A DNA stretch of 64,000 bases from Octopus sinensis (lineage: Eukaryota), in assembly GCF_006345805.1 (NCBI RefSeq), contig NC_043000.1, positions 154,566,001-154,630,000 of the forward strand. The letters run 5' to 3'. Under the pieces are notes generated by a model. The model saw only the letters and a program-made list of their open reading frames with translations. It was not told the DNA's origin and did no database searches. Both the position numbers and the translations under genes were made by a program. Shown here piece after piece: positions 1 through 13,417 of the stretch (the stretch's first letter is position 1; every line of letters begins with the position of its first letter).

Positions 1-1044
1 TATATAATATTATTTCCTTTGTATTTCTAACTTGCTGAAGTATGTTTCTGTGGCTCCAAAATTCGGAAGGCTAAACTGGCAGTTGACATAGATTCATAAG
101 ATTCAACGAAGTCACTTTCAAAGTGGAAGTCAAACGAAAAGCTGCACCTGGTCCTCCAGGTTCTGATTTGGATATGGAGGTAACAAGCCCACTCCGTAAA
201 TTATCATGTTGCAGAAACTGATATTCGGTCCGAGGCTACAGTAAAAGATACTTGTCCAAAGGATGCGCTATGGGACTGCACCCAGAACCATGTGGTTTGA
301 AAGCAAACTGCAGCGCCTCGTAGAAAACCTCCTGAAAGTCGGTGGTTCTACTCGTTTCTGTTTATGTGTTTATATATTTAAGTTGAAAATATAGACGCAT
401 GCCCTTTGTATATTTGGCCGATCTTGGTTTGGGTCCTCTGACATTGAAAGTGGTTTGGTATATAAATTCATCGATGAGAGAGCCGACAATATATCATTCT
501 TGTGGGGTTTTTTAGGATGCAATTTTAGGAAGAATTAACTATTATATCTCGTAGATCGTGTAAGTGCGTAATGAATTCCTTCTGAGTTCGTGAAATTAAT
601 ATTAATAGTTTAACATTCTTTCATATTTAACGGTAAATCAACTCACTGGAATTTATTTTTATTCAACGAACATTTACAAAAGTCCATTAGTTTGTGCATT
701 ATAGCAATTTGTTTGACCTGTTTCCAAGCACCTCTTTAGCAAGTAGAGCAAGCCCATCTAGATAAAATCAAGAATGATCACAACTCAACAGAAACGGATT
801 TAATTCCACTTGGTTGTTGATTGCTAATTACACACGGTTATTAGTTGTATCTTAATGAATTGTAATTGAAATAATGATAGTCTTTGACTGATATTTAATG
901 CTCCTAACATTAAACACATCAATATGAATTTAAGTTTAGTTTTTCGTATGAGTGCTTATATCTGAATTATTTATTCTCTGTTCCAACCAACGTAAATATC
1001 ATACAATTACTTAGTGACTGCAAATATCCGTCAAATGTAAATAA

Positions 1045-1446
1045 GGCGCAGGAGTGGCTGTGTGGTAAGTAGCTTGTTTACCAACCACATGGTTCCGGGT
1101 TCAGTCCCACTGCGTGGCATCTTGGGCAAGTGTCTTCTACTATAGCCTCGGGCCGACCAAAGCCTTGTGAGTGGATTTGGTAGACGGAAACTGAAAGAAG
1201 CCCATCGTATATATATATGCGTGTGTGTGTTTGTGTGTCTGTGTTTGTCTCCCTAGCATTGCTTGACAACCGATGCTGGTGTGTTTATGTCCCCGTTACT
1301 TAGCGGTTCGGCAAAAGAGACCGATAGAATAAGTACTGGGCTTACAAAAGAATAAGTCCCGGAGTCGAGTTGCTCGATTAAAGGCGGTGCTCCAGCATGG
1401 CCGCAGTCAAATGACTGAAACAAGTTAAAGAGTAAAAGAGTAAAAG
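1045..1446 (+). mobile_element. SINE family A (tRNA head, CORE-like domain, internal TA/TG microsatellite, (gagtaaaa)n tail)
   Basis: ggcgcaggagtggctgtgtggtaag...gttcagtccc...cttgggcaagtg; 11-bp TSD aatgtaaataa (1034-1044 / 1447-1457). May correspond to a published octopus OR/OK family; not assigned. Confidence 0.9.
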
Positions 1447-2299
1447 AATGTAAATAATGTAAATAATGTATTATAATTTCTTTTGTTGTTTCGTCCCAGC
1501 TCATCTCTGTTCGAGCAATGTTGCTTCGATCATTCAGAAATAACGTATTTTCAGATATAACGTACATCGAACTACTTTATAATAATGTTCCTAGTTTTTA
1601 ACATAGCTATATGCGGTTTGAAAGAAATTTACCTGCTGTTTCTATCAGATCAATCGAACTCGTAAAATGACGACGAAAATGTTTTTCGGTATTTGATTGC
1701 TTTTCTTTCTCTGAGATCTGACTTTATATTCTACCGCAGTCAGTTTTGCTTCTCTCTCCGTTTAGGTACTACGGGTTCTATAAAATAAAAAGACCAGTAA
1801 AATAGCAAGGCCGATATGCAATAAAAATCTATTCATACTATTCTGTTGTGTATAAATTGCATCTAGATTTTGGGGGCCTAAGTTGTCTCAAAACATTTTA
1901 TAATGCCATGTTTAGTATGTTGTGCTGCACAACAGCTATAATCCTAAATATTAGTCTTCAATAATTCATTTTATATAAAATGTATTGATATATAATAAAA
2001 GAAACATCTAATAAAGCAAAGTTTTATGACATTGTATTTTTTATCTCTATAAAAACGAGTGGAGGAAAATTTCTTATATGCTATATGTGTACATGTGTAT
2101 ATATCACTTGTGTACATGTGTATATATCACTTGTGTACTTGTGTATATATAACTTGTGTATGCACATACACACCCATACCCATGCATCCATACATATATG
2201 CGTCTCACTGAGCTATTATATACAAAGTCATTATTGACCTTCATATCAATAAAATCCTTTAACAAAAAATTTTCTCATTCGAAATAGTGATTTCAAATT

Positions 2300-2671
2300 T
2301 TGGCACAAAGCCAGCAATTTCAGGGAAGGAGTAAGCCGATTATGTCGACCCGATGCTCAACTGGTACTTTCATCCGAGGGGATGAAAGGCAAAGTCGACC
2401 TCAGCGGAATTTGAACTCAGAACATAAAGACAGACGAAATGCCTTTTTCTTTACTACCCACAAGGGGTTAAACACAGAGAGTACAAACAAGGACAGACAA
2501 ACGGATTAAGTCGATTATATCGACCCCAGTGCGTAACTGGTACTTATTTAATCGACCCCGAAAGGATGAAAGGCAAAGTCGACCTCGGCGGAATTTGAAC
2601 TCAGAACGTAGCGGCAGACGAAATGCCACTAAGCAATTGGCCCGGCGTACTAACGATTTCGCCAGCTCGCT
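2300..2671 (-). mobile_element. SINE family B (tRNA head, Meta/beta-like central domain), partial dimer
   Basis: Head ggcgagctggcagaaacgttag...gagttcaaattcc; central gtcgactttgcctttcatcctttcggggtcgataaattaagtaccag resembles the Meta/Sauria-SINE domain (recalled). Confidence 0.88.
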
Positions 2672-3430
2672 TCCTTTCTCATTCAAGATATTAGCATGAA
2701 CTATTCTTAGGCATATGACCTACAAATTCTTAGGCCTATAAATTTTTCTTTTTGAATTTTTCCGAATACGGTATACACATAATTTTAATCTTCATCTTTG
2801 TAGAAAACAAAAAAAAATACGTACGTATAATACATTGAGTTTTACGTTAACCGCAATTACGTTAGAAAATATTTGGTAGAAAGATCAGTCTGTGTTCAGT
2901 TTCATAAGATATTTAGTACTACTCTTTGTCACTCTTGTGTAATAATTATTTCTACCCACGCCTGTTTTCTCTCTCCAAACGTTGCCACTATTTAAATAAA
3001 GATATTTAGAAGCTCTATAGAAGGTAACATAAAGTTCGTCTTGTTTGAAAGAGTCACACATAAAAACCAAGAAAAACGACCCTAATAGGCGTAATATGTT
3101 GAAAAAAGAAAACAAGTAGTTTCGTTTGTTTATTGCATATTTTAAAGCGAAGAACTTCTAAGACTTGTCGCTTGTCTGCTGAAAAGAAGTTTTGTAGGAA
3201 TGGCGTGTTTACTGACAGCTTGTTAGCCAAAAAGAACAGAATAGTGTTGTTCTTGAAAGGCGGTAAGTAGGTTAAGGTCCTCTGAAGATGCTTGTTAAAA
3301 AGGCGTATTTTCTCTTCTGTATTTCTCTGTCTCCTTGAATTGGATTAAGGATGAGAAAATTATTAAAAGTTGAGTATTTTCATTTGAGGGTTTTAAAATT
3401 TTATATTCCAAAGCATGGTATTGGTTGTCA

Positions 3431-3822
3431 AGTGGAGGCGCAATGGCCTAGTGGTTAGGGCAGCGGACTCGCGGTCATAGTATCGCGGTTTCGATTCCCA
3501 GACCGGGCGTTGTGAGTGTTTATTGAGCGAAAATACCTAAAGCTCCACGAGGCTCCGGCAGGGGATGGTGGTGATCCCTGCTGTACTCTTTCACCACAAC
3601 TTTCTCTCACTCTTACTTCCTGTTTCTGTTGTACCTGTATTTCAAAGGGCCGGCCTTGTCACTCTCTGTGTCACGCTGAATATCCCCGAGAACTACGTTA
3701 AGGGTGCACGTGTCTGTGGAGTGCTCAGCCACTTACACGTTAATTTCACGAGCAGGCTGTTCCGCTGATCGGATCAACCGGAACCCTCGTCGTCGTAACC
3801 GACGGAGTGCTTCCATCCTTCC
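3431..3822 (+). mobile_element. SINE family C (tRNA-Arg-like head)
   Basis: ggaggcgcaatggcctagtggttagggcagcggactcgcggtc...ggtttcgattcc; 11-bp TSD attggttgtca (3420-3430 / 3823-3833). Confidence 0.88.
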
Positions 3823-4116
3823 ATTGGTTGTCAGTGAGAAAACAAAGAAAAGTTGTGTTACAGTGATAAGGAAAATATGACTGAAAACAAAAAGGAAAGA
3901 AAACGTTTATATTAACACGTATGAATTAGGTGTAAGGACGTGCAGTTAACACCATATACCTTTCTATCTATTTCTCTCTTTCTCTTTCTCTCTCTCACTC
4001 ACTTTCTCGCTCATACATCTACGCTTATATGTGTATGTATGTATGTATGAATGTGTATGTATGTATTCAACGCTGCTTTGTGCTATTATAATTATTTGAT
4101 TTCAGCTTGACCAGTA

Positions 4117-4509
4117 TACTCTTTTACTTGTTTCAGTCATTTGACTGCGGCCATGCTGGAGCACCGCCTTTAATCGAGCAAATCGACCCCAGGACTTATT
4201 CTTTGTAAGCCCAGTATTTTATTCTATCCGTCTCTTTTTGCCGAACCGCTAAGTGACGGGGACGTAAACACACCAGCATCGGTTGTCAAGCAATGCTAGG
4301 GGGACAAACACACACATACATATATATATATATACATACATATATATGACGGGCTTCTTTCAGTTTCCGTCTACCAAATCCACTCACAAGGCATTGGTCG
4401 GCCCGGGGCTATAGCAGAAGACACTTGCCCAAGGTGCCACGCAGTGGGACTGAACCAGGAACCATGTGATTGGTTAGCAAGCTACTTACCACACAGCCAC
4501 TCCTGCGTC
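4117..4509 (-). mobile_element. SINE family A
   Basis: Full-length reverse-complement match to 1045-1446. Confidence 0.9.
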
Positions 4510-4767
4510 TTATATGTATTATGTATTATTTCTTATTCTTATGAGAACACTCGTTTTTATTGGACTGCGAAAGACGAATTTGTCAATCGTAGCTGACGAT
4601 GAGCAATGACCCAAAATAGCATGCATCTTACGATCCACCAACGTCATTGATACTTATTGTGTTTCCACACATTTTGTCTCTGGAGTGAATTTTCTCCAGG
4701 GACTATTTCCTAAGCGATTATGTTTTATTCAGCAATTCTTCACGCGACTTCTAATTTTATGTATGTA

Positions 4768-5758
4768 CTAGCAGTAATACCCATCGTTGATCGGGTAATT
4801 ACTTTTACTCTTTCGCGGGAGCCACATTCAGAGTGTTATTATATATATATATATTTCTTTATTGCCCACAAGGGGCTAAACATAGAGGGGACAAACAAAG
4901 ACATACAAAGGGATAAATCGATTATATCGACCCCAGTGCGTAACTGGTACTTTATTTATCGACCCCGAAAGGATGAAAGGCAAAGTCGACCTCGGCGGAA
5001 TTTGAACTCACAACGTAACGACAGACGAAATACGGCTACGCATTTCGCCCGGCGTGCTAATGTTTCTGCCAGCTCGCCGCCTTGTTATTATATATATAAT
5101 TTACTCCTCCTGTATGTGTGTATTTTATAAGAGAAAAACATGTAATAATTGGAGTAGAAAAAAGATCAATTTCATACATGAACTTGTGTTTGTTTATTAT
5201 ATGACAATAATAAGTGAAATAATAGTTATCGCCATACTAATATGGCATTCTTATAAAAATAAGAATAAAGCTGTCCGCTTATTAGCTCCATGAGGCCATC
5301 GCCTTAAGTTAGCTATTTGATACACAAATTGTATCCATATAACCTTCGAACAATACCCCGAAACGCGTCTGTAGCTGCCGGTCAAGTAGTGTGGAGCGAC
5401 TGACCTCCCTTGTTCAGGATATAGATTATTCATTTATTTCAAATATATATTAAAAATAAGATAAGATGATCTGAATATTATCACATTAGAATGAAAAGTG
5501 AAAGAATAAAAGTGAAACAATATTATATCGCATTAACAATATAGATCTTATTTTTTCACTTTTGACAAGTGATACCGAACCAATCTAAAAGATTGCCCCT
5601 GGCCCGCATTAGGCAAGAAGTTGAAAATTCTTTTGGCCCACGACACTCTATGGACCCTAAGTAATGCATGTGTAAAACTTGAATGAAATCGGTTGGGTAC
5701 TTCTCGAGTTTTAGGGATTTTAGACAGACACACATTCTCAGTTTGATATATATATAGA
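4768..5758 (-). mobile_element. Non-autonomous Helitron with a nested SINE (4855-5082)
   Basis: Minus-strand 5' end A|TCTATATATATATCAAAC at 5758; 3' end CTAG|T at 4768-4771 with subterminal hairpin acccgatcaacgatgggt. Confidence 0.7.
4855..5082 (-). mobile_element. SINE family B monomer inside a Helitron
   Basis: Full match; about 16-bp TSD tgttattatatatata. Confidence 0.9.
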
Positions 5759-5956
5759 TATGCATGTTTGTGTGTGTGTATGTGTGTGTGTGTGTGTGTG
5801 TGCATACACACACAAATGCTCACACACACACTTGCTAAATTTAATAAATTTAATATATTTAATATGTGTATGTATGTATGTATGTATGTATGTAGTATGT
5901 ATGTATGTATGTATGTATGTATGTATGTATGTATGTATGTATGCATGTGCTATCTG

Positions 5957-6268
5957 TTACTTGTTTCAGTCAGTAGAATGCAGCTACGTTGGAGAACCGC
6001 CTTGAAGGATTTTAGTCGAATGGAACGGCCCCAGTAAATGCTTTTTGTAAATCTCTCTCTCTTATGCCGTGGGTGTAAGCGAACCAATACCGGTTGTGAG
6101 AGCTGGTGAGAGACAAACACACACACACCTATATATACATACAATGCATCTAACAAATCCACTCACAAGGCTTTGGTCGGCCTAGAAATAGAGTGGTAGG
6201 TGCCACGCAGTGGGACTGATCCCTGAACCATGTTTGGAAGCATATTTTACTACACAGCCACACCTACA
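5957..6268 (-). mobile_element. SINE family A, old diverged copy
   Basis: Recognisable tail, core and head with many substitutions and deletions. Confidence 0.75.
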
Positions 6269-6562
6269 GCTACACACACACACACACACACACACACACT
6301 TACACGCGCGCGCGCACACATTTATAGGCACAAACTAAGAATCTGTAAAACTGGTAAATTCAATTTACATAACAGTGCATAACAGTGCATAACCGCTCGG
6401 TTCAAAGTCTCCCTTGACCACAAATGGCCTGAACTCTTTACATGAACACCACCCTGTACATAACTCCATGTCCCCCTACATGGCCTTACTTTTTTGCTTT
6501 TTGAGCCAAAAAATTAACTAACTAACTAACTAACTATAAACGAATGAAAATATTAATATATA

Positions 6563-6747
6563 GGCGCAGGAGTGGCTGTGTGGTAAGTAGCTTGCTAACC
6601 AACCACATGGTTCCGGGTTCAGTCCCACTGCGTGGCATCTTGGGCAAGTGTCTTCTACTATAGCCTCGGGCCGACCAATGCCTTGTGAGTGGATTTGGTA
6701 GAGCGAAACTGCAAGAAGCCTGTCGTATATATATATATATATATATA

Positions 6748-6820
<73 letters not shown>

Positions 6821-6888
6821 CTGCGTTTGTCCTCCTAGCATTGCTAGGAGGACAAACGCAGACACACACACCACACACACACACACAT

Positions 6889-6957
<69 letters not shown>

Positions 6958-7137
6958 CTGCGTTTGTCCTCCTAGCATTGCTAGGATGCTGGTGTGTCCA
7001 CGTCACTTAGCAGTTCGGCAAAAAGAGATCGATAGAATAAGTACTGGGCTTACAAAGAATAAGTCTCGGGGTCGAGTTGCTCGATTAAAGGCGGTGCTCC
7101 AGCATGGCCGCAGTCAAATGACTGAAACAAGTAAACG
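6563..7137 (+). mobile_element. SINE family A with internal inverted triplication
   Basis: Segment ...tgtgtctgcgtttgtcctcctagcattgctag present as forward, inverted, forward (about 6750-6985). Confidence 0.9.
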
Positions 7138-7642
7138 AGAAAATATAAATATTGAGACAAATATTTAAAGCCAGTTGTAAAATAACAGAAAAATTTACTC
7201 ATGGCGCGACTCAATACTCAGAGTTGAGTCAACTTTATAATAAATTTCTTGTCTACTAGGATTTGAAGTTTCACCAGACGGCTTATTCATAGTTGAATCT
7301 AGTCAGTCACAACTCGGATTTTCTGATTTCCAGTCTTCAGGCAGCATACATTGTAGATTGTGAAACCTTTTTATATATATCTTGATCAGCTCAAATATGT
7401 TTGCTTAGGTGTCACTGAGCAGTGGAAAGTCGTTTATGGAAACACTTCGTGTCCAGCTACGGTTCCAGCTTAGAGACAACTAGAAAATAACTTGGCAGAA
7501 GAATTCTAATTACACGCATAGATACTTCATCATAAGTAGAAAGAGTCGAAGAGGAAACGATGACTCTATCCGGATTGTCTAACTTTTCTGAAGATTCGAA
7601 CAGAACTCTGTCACAAAGTAATTAAGCTGGAGTAATTTTATA

Positions 7643-7866
7643 TCTCTTTTCTCTTTTCTCTTTTACTTGTTTCAGTCATTTGACTGCGGCCATGCTGGAG
7701 CACTGCCTTTAATGGAGCAACTCGACCCAGGGACTTATTCTTTTGTAAGCCCAGTACTTATTCTATCGGTCTCTTTTTGCCGAACCGCTAAGTAACGGGG
7801 ACATACACACACCAGCATCGGTTGTCAAGCAATGCTAGGGGGACAAACACAGGCACACAAACACAT

Positions 7867-7934
<68 letters not shown>

Positions 7935-8097
7935 GACAGGCTTCTTTCAGTTTCCGTCTACCAAATCCACTCACAAGGCTTTGGTCGGCCCGGGGCTATA
8001 GTAGAAGACACTTGTCCAAGGTGCCACGCAGTGGGACTTTACCCCGAACCATGTGGTCGGTAAACAAGCTACTTACCACACAGCCACTCCTACGCCT
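7643..8097 (-). mobile_element. SINE family A
   Basis: Full-length match. Confidence 0.9.
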
Positions 8098-8545
8098 ATA
8101 TGTGGCGTTATCGTTTTGAACTTTCTCTGACCTTAATTCTGTTGACAAGTTTAAAGTGACTAGAATTTGTTTTGAGTTCTAAAATTAGCATTTTTCGATG
8201 GTGGAGACGTGGGCTAAGAATAGTACAAGCTAAAGTCTTTGATGACGATTTTTTGTTAAAGAATTTTCTCAACGTGAAGGTCAACTGCGTCTTTCTGTAA
8301 TTTGATTTGGTGATACTCGTATGTGTGCGTGTATGTATTCATGTATGTATGTATGTATGTATGTATGTATGTATGTATGTATGTATGTATGTATGTATGT
8401 GTGTATGTATGTATGTATAGGTGTGTGTATGTGTGTATATATGTATATATATATGTGCATATACGTATATACACACATCTATATCTATATATGTATGTGC
8501 AAACACAATTTCTCAAATTGGCAGACAAATATCTACTCATTCATA

Positions 8546-8585
<40 letters not shown>

Positions 8586-8810
8586 CTCCCACCAACCTCT
8601 ACATACGCATACACGCGTGACACCCGTATGCAACTATATAGACAAGCAAATCACATTATTATAGAAATATAAGCATACAAAATTACTAAGAGTAATAGTC
8701 AGCTCCACTATTGCTAGAAATAAAAGTCAGAACAACTCTTATTTCTAGCAATACTGGTGCTGACTAATACCCTTACTCACGTTAGTGACGTCTCTCTCTC
8801 ACTGTACATA

Positions 8811-10285
8811 TATCCAAGTGAGAGTCAAAAATTATATGCACTCTTGTTTTTTCAATGTACCTACACAAAAGCAAGGGATAAACAAGTATGTCATTTTTCT
8901 ATATAGTCTCCTTCCTTTTCGATGCACTTGGTCCAGGGGTCCACAAGCTTGTGTATTCCCTCTAAGAAGAAGGTTTTCGGCTGGTCATGCAACCATTTAT
9001 GCACCACTTCCTTCTCATCTTCATCTGTAGGAAATCGACGACCTCGTAAACGATTTTTAAGTGGTCCAAAGATTTGATAGATTGAAGGGGATGTCTTGTC
9101 GAAGCGCTCACACGTCCAACCCAATCGGTTACCCCGATCGAAAAGACCTAATGCTCCCCTGTCTGCACGCGCGTCACTCTTGCGTCCTTCCTATTTCGGT
9201 CAGCCCCCAAGTTCCGGTCAGCTCCCCAGCTGCTGACGTCTGAGCTGAGGTCTGAGCTGTAGGTAGGGTGTTCCAGCACCTCAAAACCCAATTGATTAAA
9301 GGTTTTAACGGTCTGGGCGGCCATGTGTGGGTGTGTATTGTTATGCAACAACAAAACTTTCTTCGACAATAGGATTCGGCGTTTGGTGCGAATTTCTGAC
9401 TTCAGTTTGTTGGCCAGAAAAGCACTGTATCTTGCACTGTTGATCATACACCCCTTTTCCAGGAAGTCTTCTAGGATAGGCCCTTTTGAGTCCCAAAAGA
9501 GGATTAGCATCACCTTTCCCGCGGAAGGCTTAGTCTTGAATTTCTTCGTCGCCGGCGAGCCAGGATACTTTCACTCCATATTCTATCATTTAGATTCTGC
9601 CTCATATTGATGAACCCATGTGTCATCTCCTGTGACTATTCTGCTAAAAATTCCTCGCCCTCATAACGGTAGCGATCGAGTAAATATGTTAGCAGACCTC
9701 AAGACGTTTGGCGCTTGTGCTCTGCAGTAAGCTCCCTTGGCACCCATCTTGCACAGACTTTATGGAAGCCGAGCTCATCGTGGATGATTTGATAGGCAGA
9801 ACCATGACTAATCTGTAGAGAACGAGCTACCTCATCGACGATCACTCGCCGGTTCACCATAATCATCTCTCGAGTTTGCTGAATCTTCTCGTTAGTGGTG
9901 GAGATTGACGTGTGTCTTGCTCCCTCTTCATGCGTCACGCTTGATCAGCTACCTTTAAACTTCTCAATTCACTCGTACGCACATGTACGCGGTAGCGCAC
10001 TGTCCCCGTATCGTGCTAAAAGCCTCCAATGAATTACAGCATCTGACACACTTTCCAACCAGAGAAATCGGATCATTGCTCTTTGCTCTTCTTTGGTGCA
10101 CATTGCTAGTGGAACGGCCATGCTTACAGTGTAAAACCAGAAAGAAAAATGGCGCGATCTTGTTCAAACTTCGATCACGTGACCACAATAGTACCAACTC
10201 TAAGCACGCATGCGCAGAAGACAATGTGACAATAATAAAGATATGTTATGGCGAAAGTGCGGATAACTTTTCCCTTTCCCTCATA
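8811..10285 (-). mobile_element. Mariner transposon relic with degenerate TIRs and an internal insertion of about 140 bp
   Basis: Broken ORFs give KVCARWVPRELT, IVTGDDTWVH, LLLHNNTHPH, HPTYSSDL, FGPLKNRLRGRRF; TIR-like ends gagagtcaaaaattatatgcact / agtgcggataacttttccctttccctcata. Confidence 0.9.
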
Positions 10286-10339
10286 CATACATACATACAT
10301 ACATACATACATACATACATACATACATCTTTTTTTTCG

Positions 10340-10580
10340 CCCTTTTCAAGCCTAGCCAGGCTCATGGACCCGGTTTCCCGGTTTCAATGGCGCATGTGTT
10401 CCCCAGCTAGACGGGACACCAGTCCATCGCAGCGTTACTCATTTTTGCCAGCTGAGTGGACTGGAGCAACATGAAATGAAGTGTTTTGCTCAAGAACACA
10501 ACGCGTCGCCCGGTCCAGGAATCGAAACCGCAATCTTACGATCATGATGCTGACACCCTAACCACTAAGCCACGCGCCTT

Positions 10581-10581
<1 letters not shown>
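10340..10581 (-). mobile_element. tRNA SINE with CORE-like and V-like segments
   Basis: gtgaaggcgcgtggcttagtggttag...ggtttcgattcc...tgtgttcttgagcaaaacactt...gcgatggactggtgtcccgtc; decayed relatives at about 49380-49490 and 63660-63840. Confidence 0.75.
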
Positions 10582-10631
<50 letters not shown>

Positions 10632-11807
10632 ACACACACACACATATATTTATATATATATAAGTGTACGTAGTATTATTCGGAGAGGTTGATTATTCCC
10701 GAACACTTTAATATGAATTCGTATCCAATGTTTGTGTTCTTGTATGTAAATACAACGCTTCTGCATACAATATACTCTTTATGAGACCCACACACTCGCG
10801 CGCGCACGCACGCACGCACGCGCACGCACGCACACACAAATACACATACACACACATTACCCCCCCCCCCCACCTCTCACATATACTTGAACTGCATCTT
10901 TAACATCTGACTCATTGTCATCAACAATTGCAATGGGTCTCAGATGACAAATCCGAACTCTCTCCGGACTTCTCGCTCACAGATTCTCCTTATATATTAC
11001 AAGAAAGACTACAACGATCGCCCATGTCCAATTTATATCATATATTACAGAGAATTCAAAATTTGAATTTGCATCCATATAATTCTTCTTCTCTTTGGTG
11101 GTGGGCAAATTCAAAAAGTTTAAAAACCTAATTTTATTAAACATGGCTATTTGTCTGCCCCCTCCCCCACCAACCCCACACTTGTCCCTCATCACACCCA
11201 CCTCCCCACCACCACCACCATTATGAGAAACACTGAACTCCTCTGCTCATGAAGCTTATATTCCAAATACTGTGGTTTTCTTGGAAGAGTATTTATAGAA
11301 AAGAATAAAAGAAAGAAAAACCAAAAAAAAAGGCAAAACAAAAGACAGAGAGTGGTTTGTTAGTTGGTGAAAGAAAATAATTTATCGATAGATTGATATT
11401 TCTGTGAAACATTTGGCACGAGTCTAGAGATTTATTTGGTGTTCTGTTGTGTAATAACAACCGCCTCTATAGGGATGTTATTATAATAGACTGATACGGG
11501 TCAGAGAATAAACTACGAATATAATTTTTGTTCGTTATTGATGATCAGTGACGTTGCATAGATTGTTTCATTCTAGAAATAATCCATAAAACAGAACATT
11601 GCACATATAGGCAATGTAATAATGACAATAATAATCCAAAATATTTACACATAACGTAATTATTTGAAGTCGCCTCTCAACCTCTCGGCTCTGCTTGCTA
11701 AAACATTCAAGAGAGGTGAATATTGGTTTAAGCGTAAACTAAACAAGCTACAGCTTAGAGCCTCGCAATCCGCAGAAACTTCAGAATAGTGAGAAGACAT
11801 GATTTTA

Positions 11808-12227
11808 ATACCTATTTCTTTACTACCCACAAGGGGCTAAACATAGAGGGGACGAACAAGGACAGGCAAACGGATTAAGTCGATTACATCGACCCCAGTG
11901 CGTAACTGGTACTCAATTTATCGACCCCGAAAGGATGAAAGGCAAAGTCGACCTCGGCAGAATTTGAACTCAGAACGTATTGGGAGACGAAATACCTATT
12001 TCTTTATTACCCACAAGGGGCTAAACATAGAGGGGACAAACAAGGACAGACATAGGTATTAAGTCGATTACATCGACCCCAGTGCGTAACTGGTACTTAA
12101 TTTATCGACCCCGAAAGGATGAACGGCAAAGTGGACCTCGGCGGAATTTGAACTCAGAACGTATCGGCAGACGAAATACCGCTAAGCATTACGCCTGGCG
12201 TGCTAACGTTTCTGTCAGCTCGCCGCC
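11808..12227 (-). mobile_element. SINE family B dimer
   Basis: One head plus two B-box-to-tail units. Confidence 0.9.
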
Positions 12228-12556
12228 TTTTAATACCGTGAGACTGTTTGTCAGTGGAAAAGCAAGTGTGTGCGCTGTCCGCGGAAGCTCTAGGGTTTAC
12301 CGCTCCACTCCCGGGCCCATAAGCCTATATAGGTTTCTCCAGCAGCCCAAAAAGTGCCGTCCCTATAAAAGCATCACCTGGGGCAGCATACCCCCTTATC
12401 CCCAGCTATGCTACTGCCACTGTTGAAATTTTTTTTTAAATGGAGGACCGCCAAGCTTAGAACCTCACCAAGTCTAAAATCGGAACTATATCTGTGCATT
12501 GCTGTATTCGCAGTAGATTGTTGGTAAGTTTATTTGGGCAGGTGATGTGTCTTTTT

Positions 12557-12951
12557 CACTCCTTTACTTGTTTCAGTCATTTGACTGCGGCCATGTTGGA
12601 CCACCGCCTTTAGTCGAATAAATCCGGGACTTATTCTTTGTAAGCCTAGTACTTATTCTATCGGTCTCTTTTGCCGAACCGCTATGTGACGGGGACATAA
12701 ACACACCAATATCTGTTGTCAAGCGATGTTGGTGGAGGGGGGACAAACACATACACACAAACATACATACACACATATACATATATACGACAGGCTTCTT
12801 TGAGTTTCCGTCTACCAAATCCACTCACAAGGCTTTGGTCGGCCCGGGGCTATAGCAGAAGACACTTGCCCAAGATGCTACGCAGTGGGACTGAACCCGG
12901 AACCATGTGGTTGGTAAGCAAGCTACTTACCACACAGCCACTCCTGTGCCT
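12557..12951 (-). mobile_element. SINE family A
   Basis: Full-length match. Confidence 0.9.
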
Positions 12952-13377
12952 ATTGTCTATTGAAAATTTGATTCCTTGCATTCCTCTTTCTTTCTAGTGA
13001 CCCATTTCCTCACCAAATCAGTCTCTCAACTTCAGTTTTAGCCCTAGTTTTCTTATATCTTATGAAGCATTCAAGTGATAAACTGTCGACGCAGACCATC
13101 TTCAGTTTCTTTGGCTTATTAGCCGTCATCAAACTCACTGAAAGACGGTTGGTAAGCCGAAACTTCGTAGTTACTATCAACTTTTCTGTTATAAAAATTA
13201 ATGAATATATACTCTACTATAAAAATATTGAGTGATTCTTCAATTTAATGTTAGATTGTTTTTACATAAACTTTGAACACAAACACACACACATATACAC
13301 ATATTCATACTTGTGTATAAATGTATGTATGAGAGGGAGAGAGAGACAGACAGAGAGTGATAGAGAGTGTGAGTGAG

Positions 13378-13417
<40 letters not shown>

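Noticed and set aside
3431-3510. tRNA-Arg-like and other tRNA-like sequences (also 10510-10580, 14815-14872, 28032-28105, 31555-31627)
   Set aside because: They run into SINE bodies, with imperfect acceptor stems and no T-run terminator; SINE heads, not tRNA genes
12250-12425. Possible hAT-like MITE ends (cagtggaaaagc ... gctatgctactg)
   Set aside because: TIR match too poor and no TSD found
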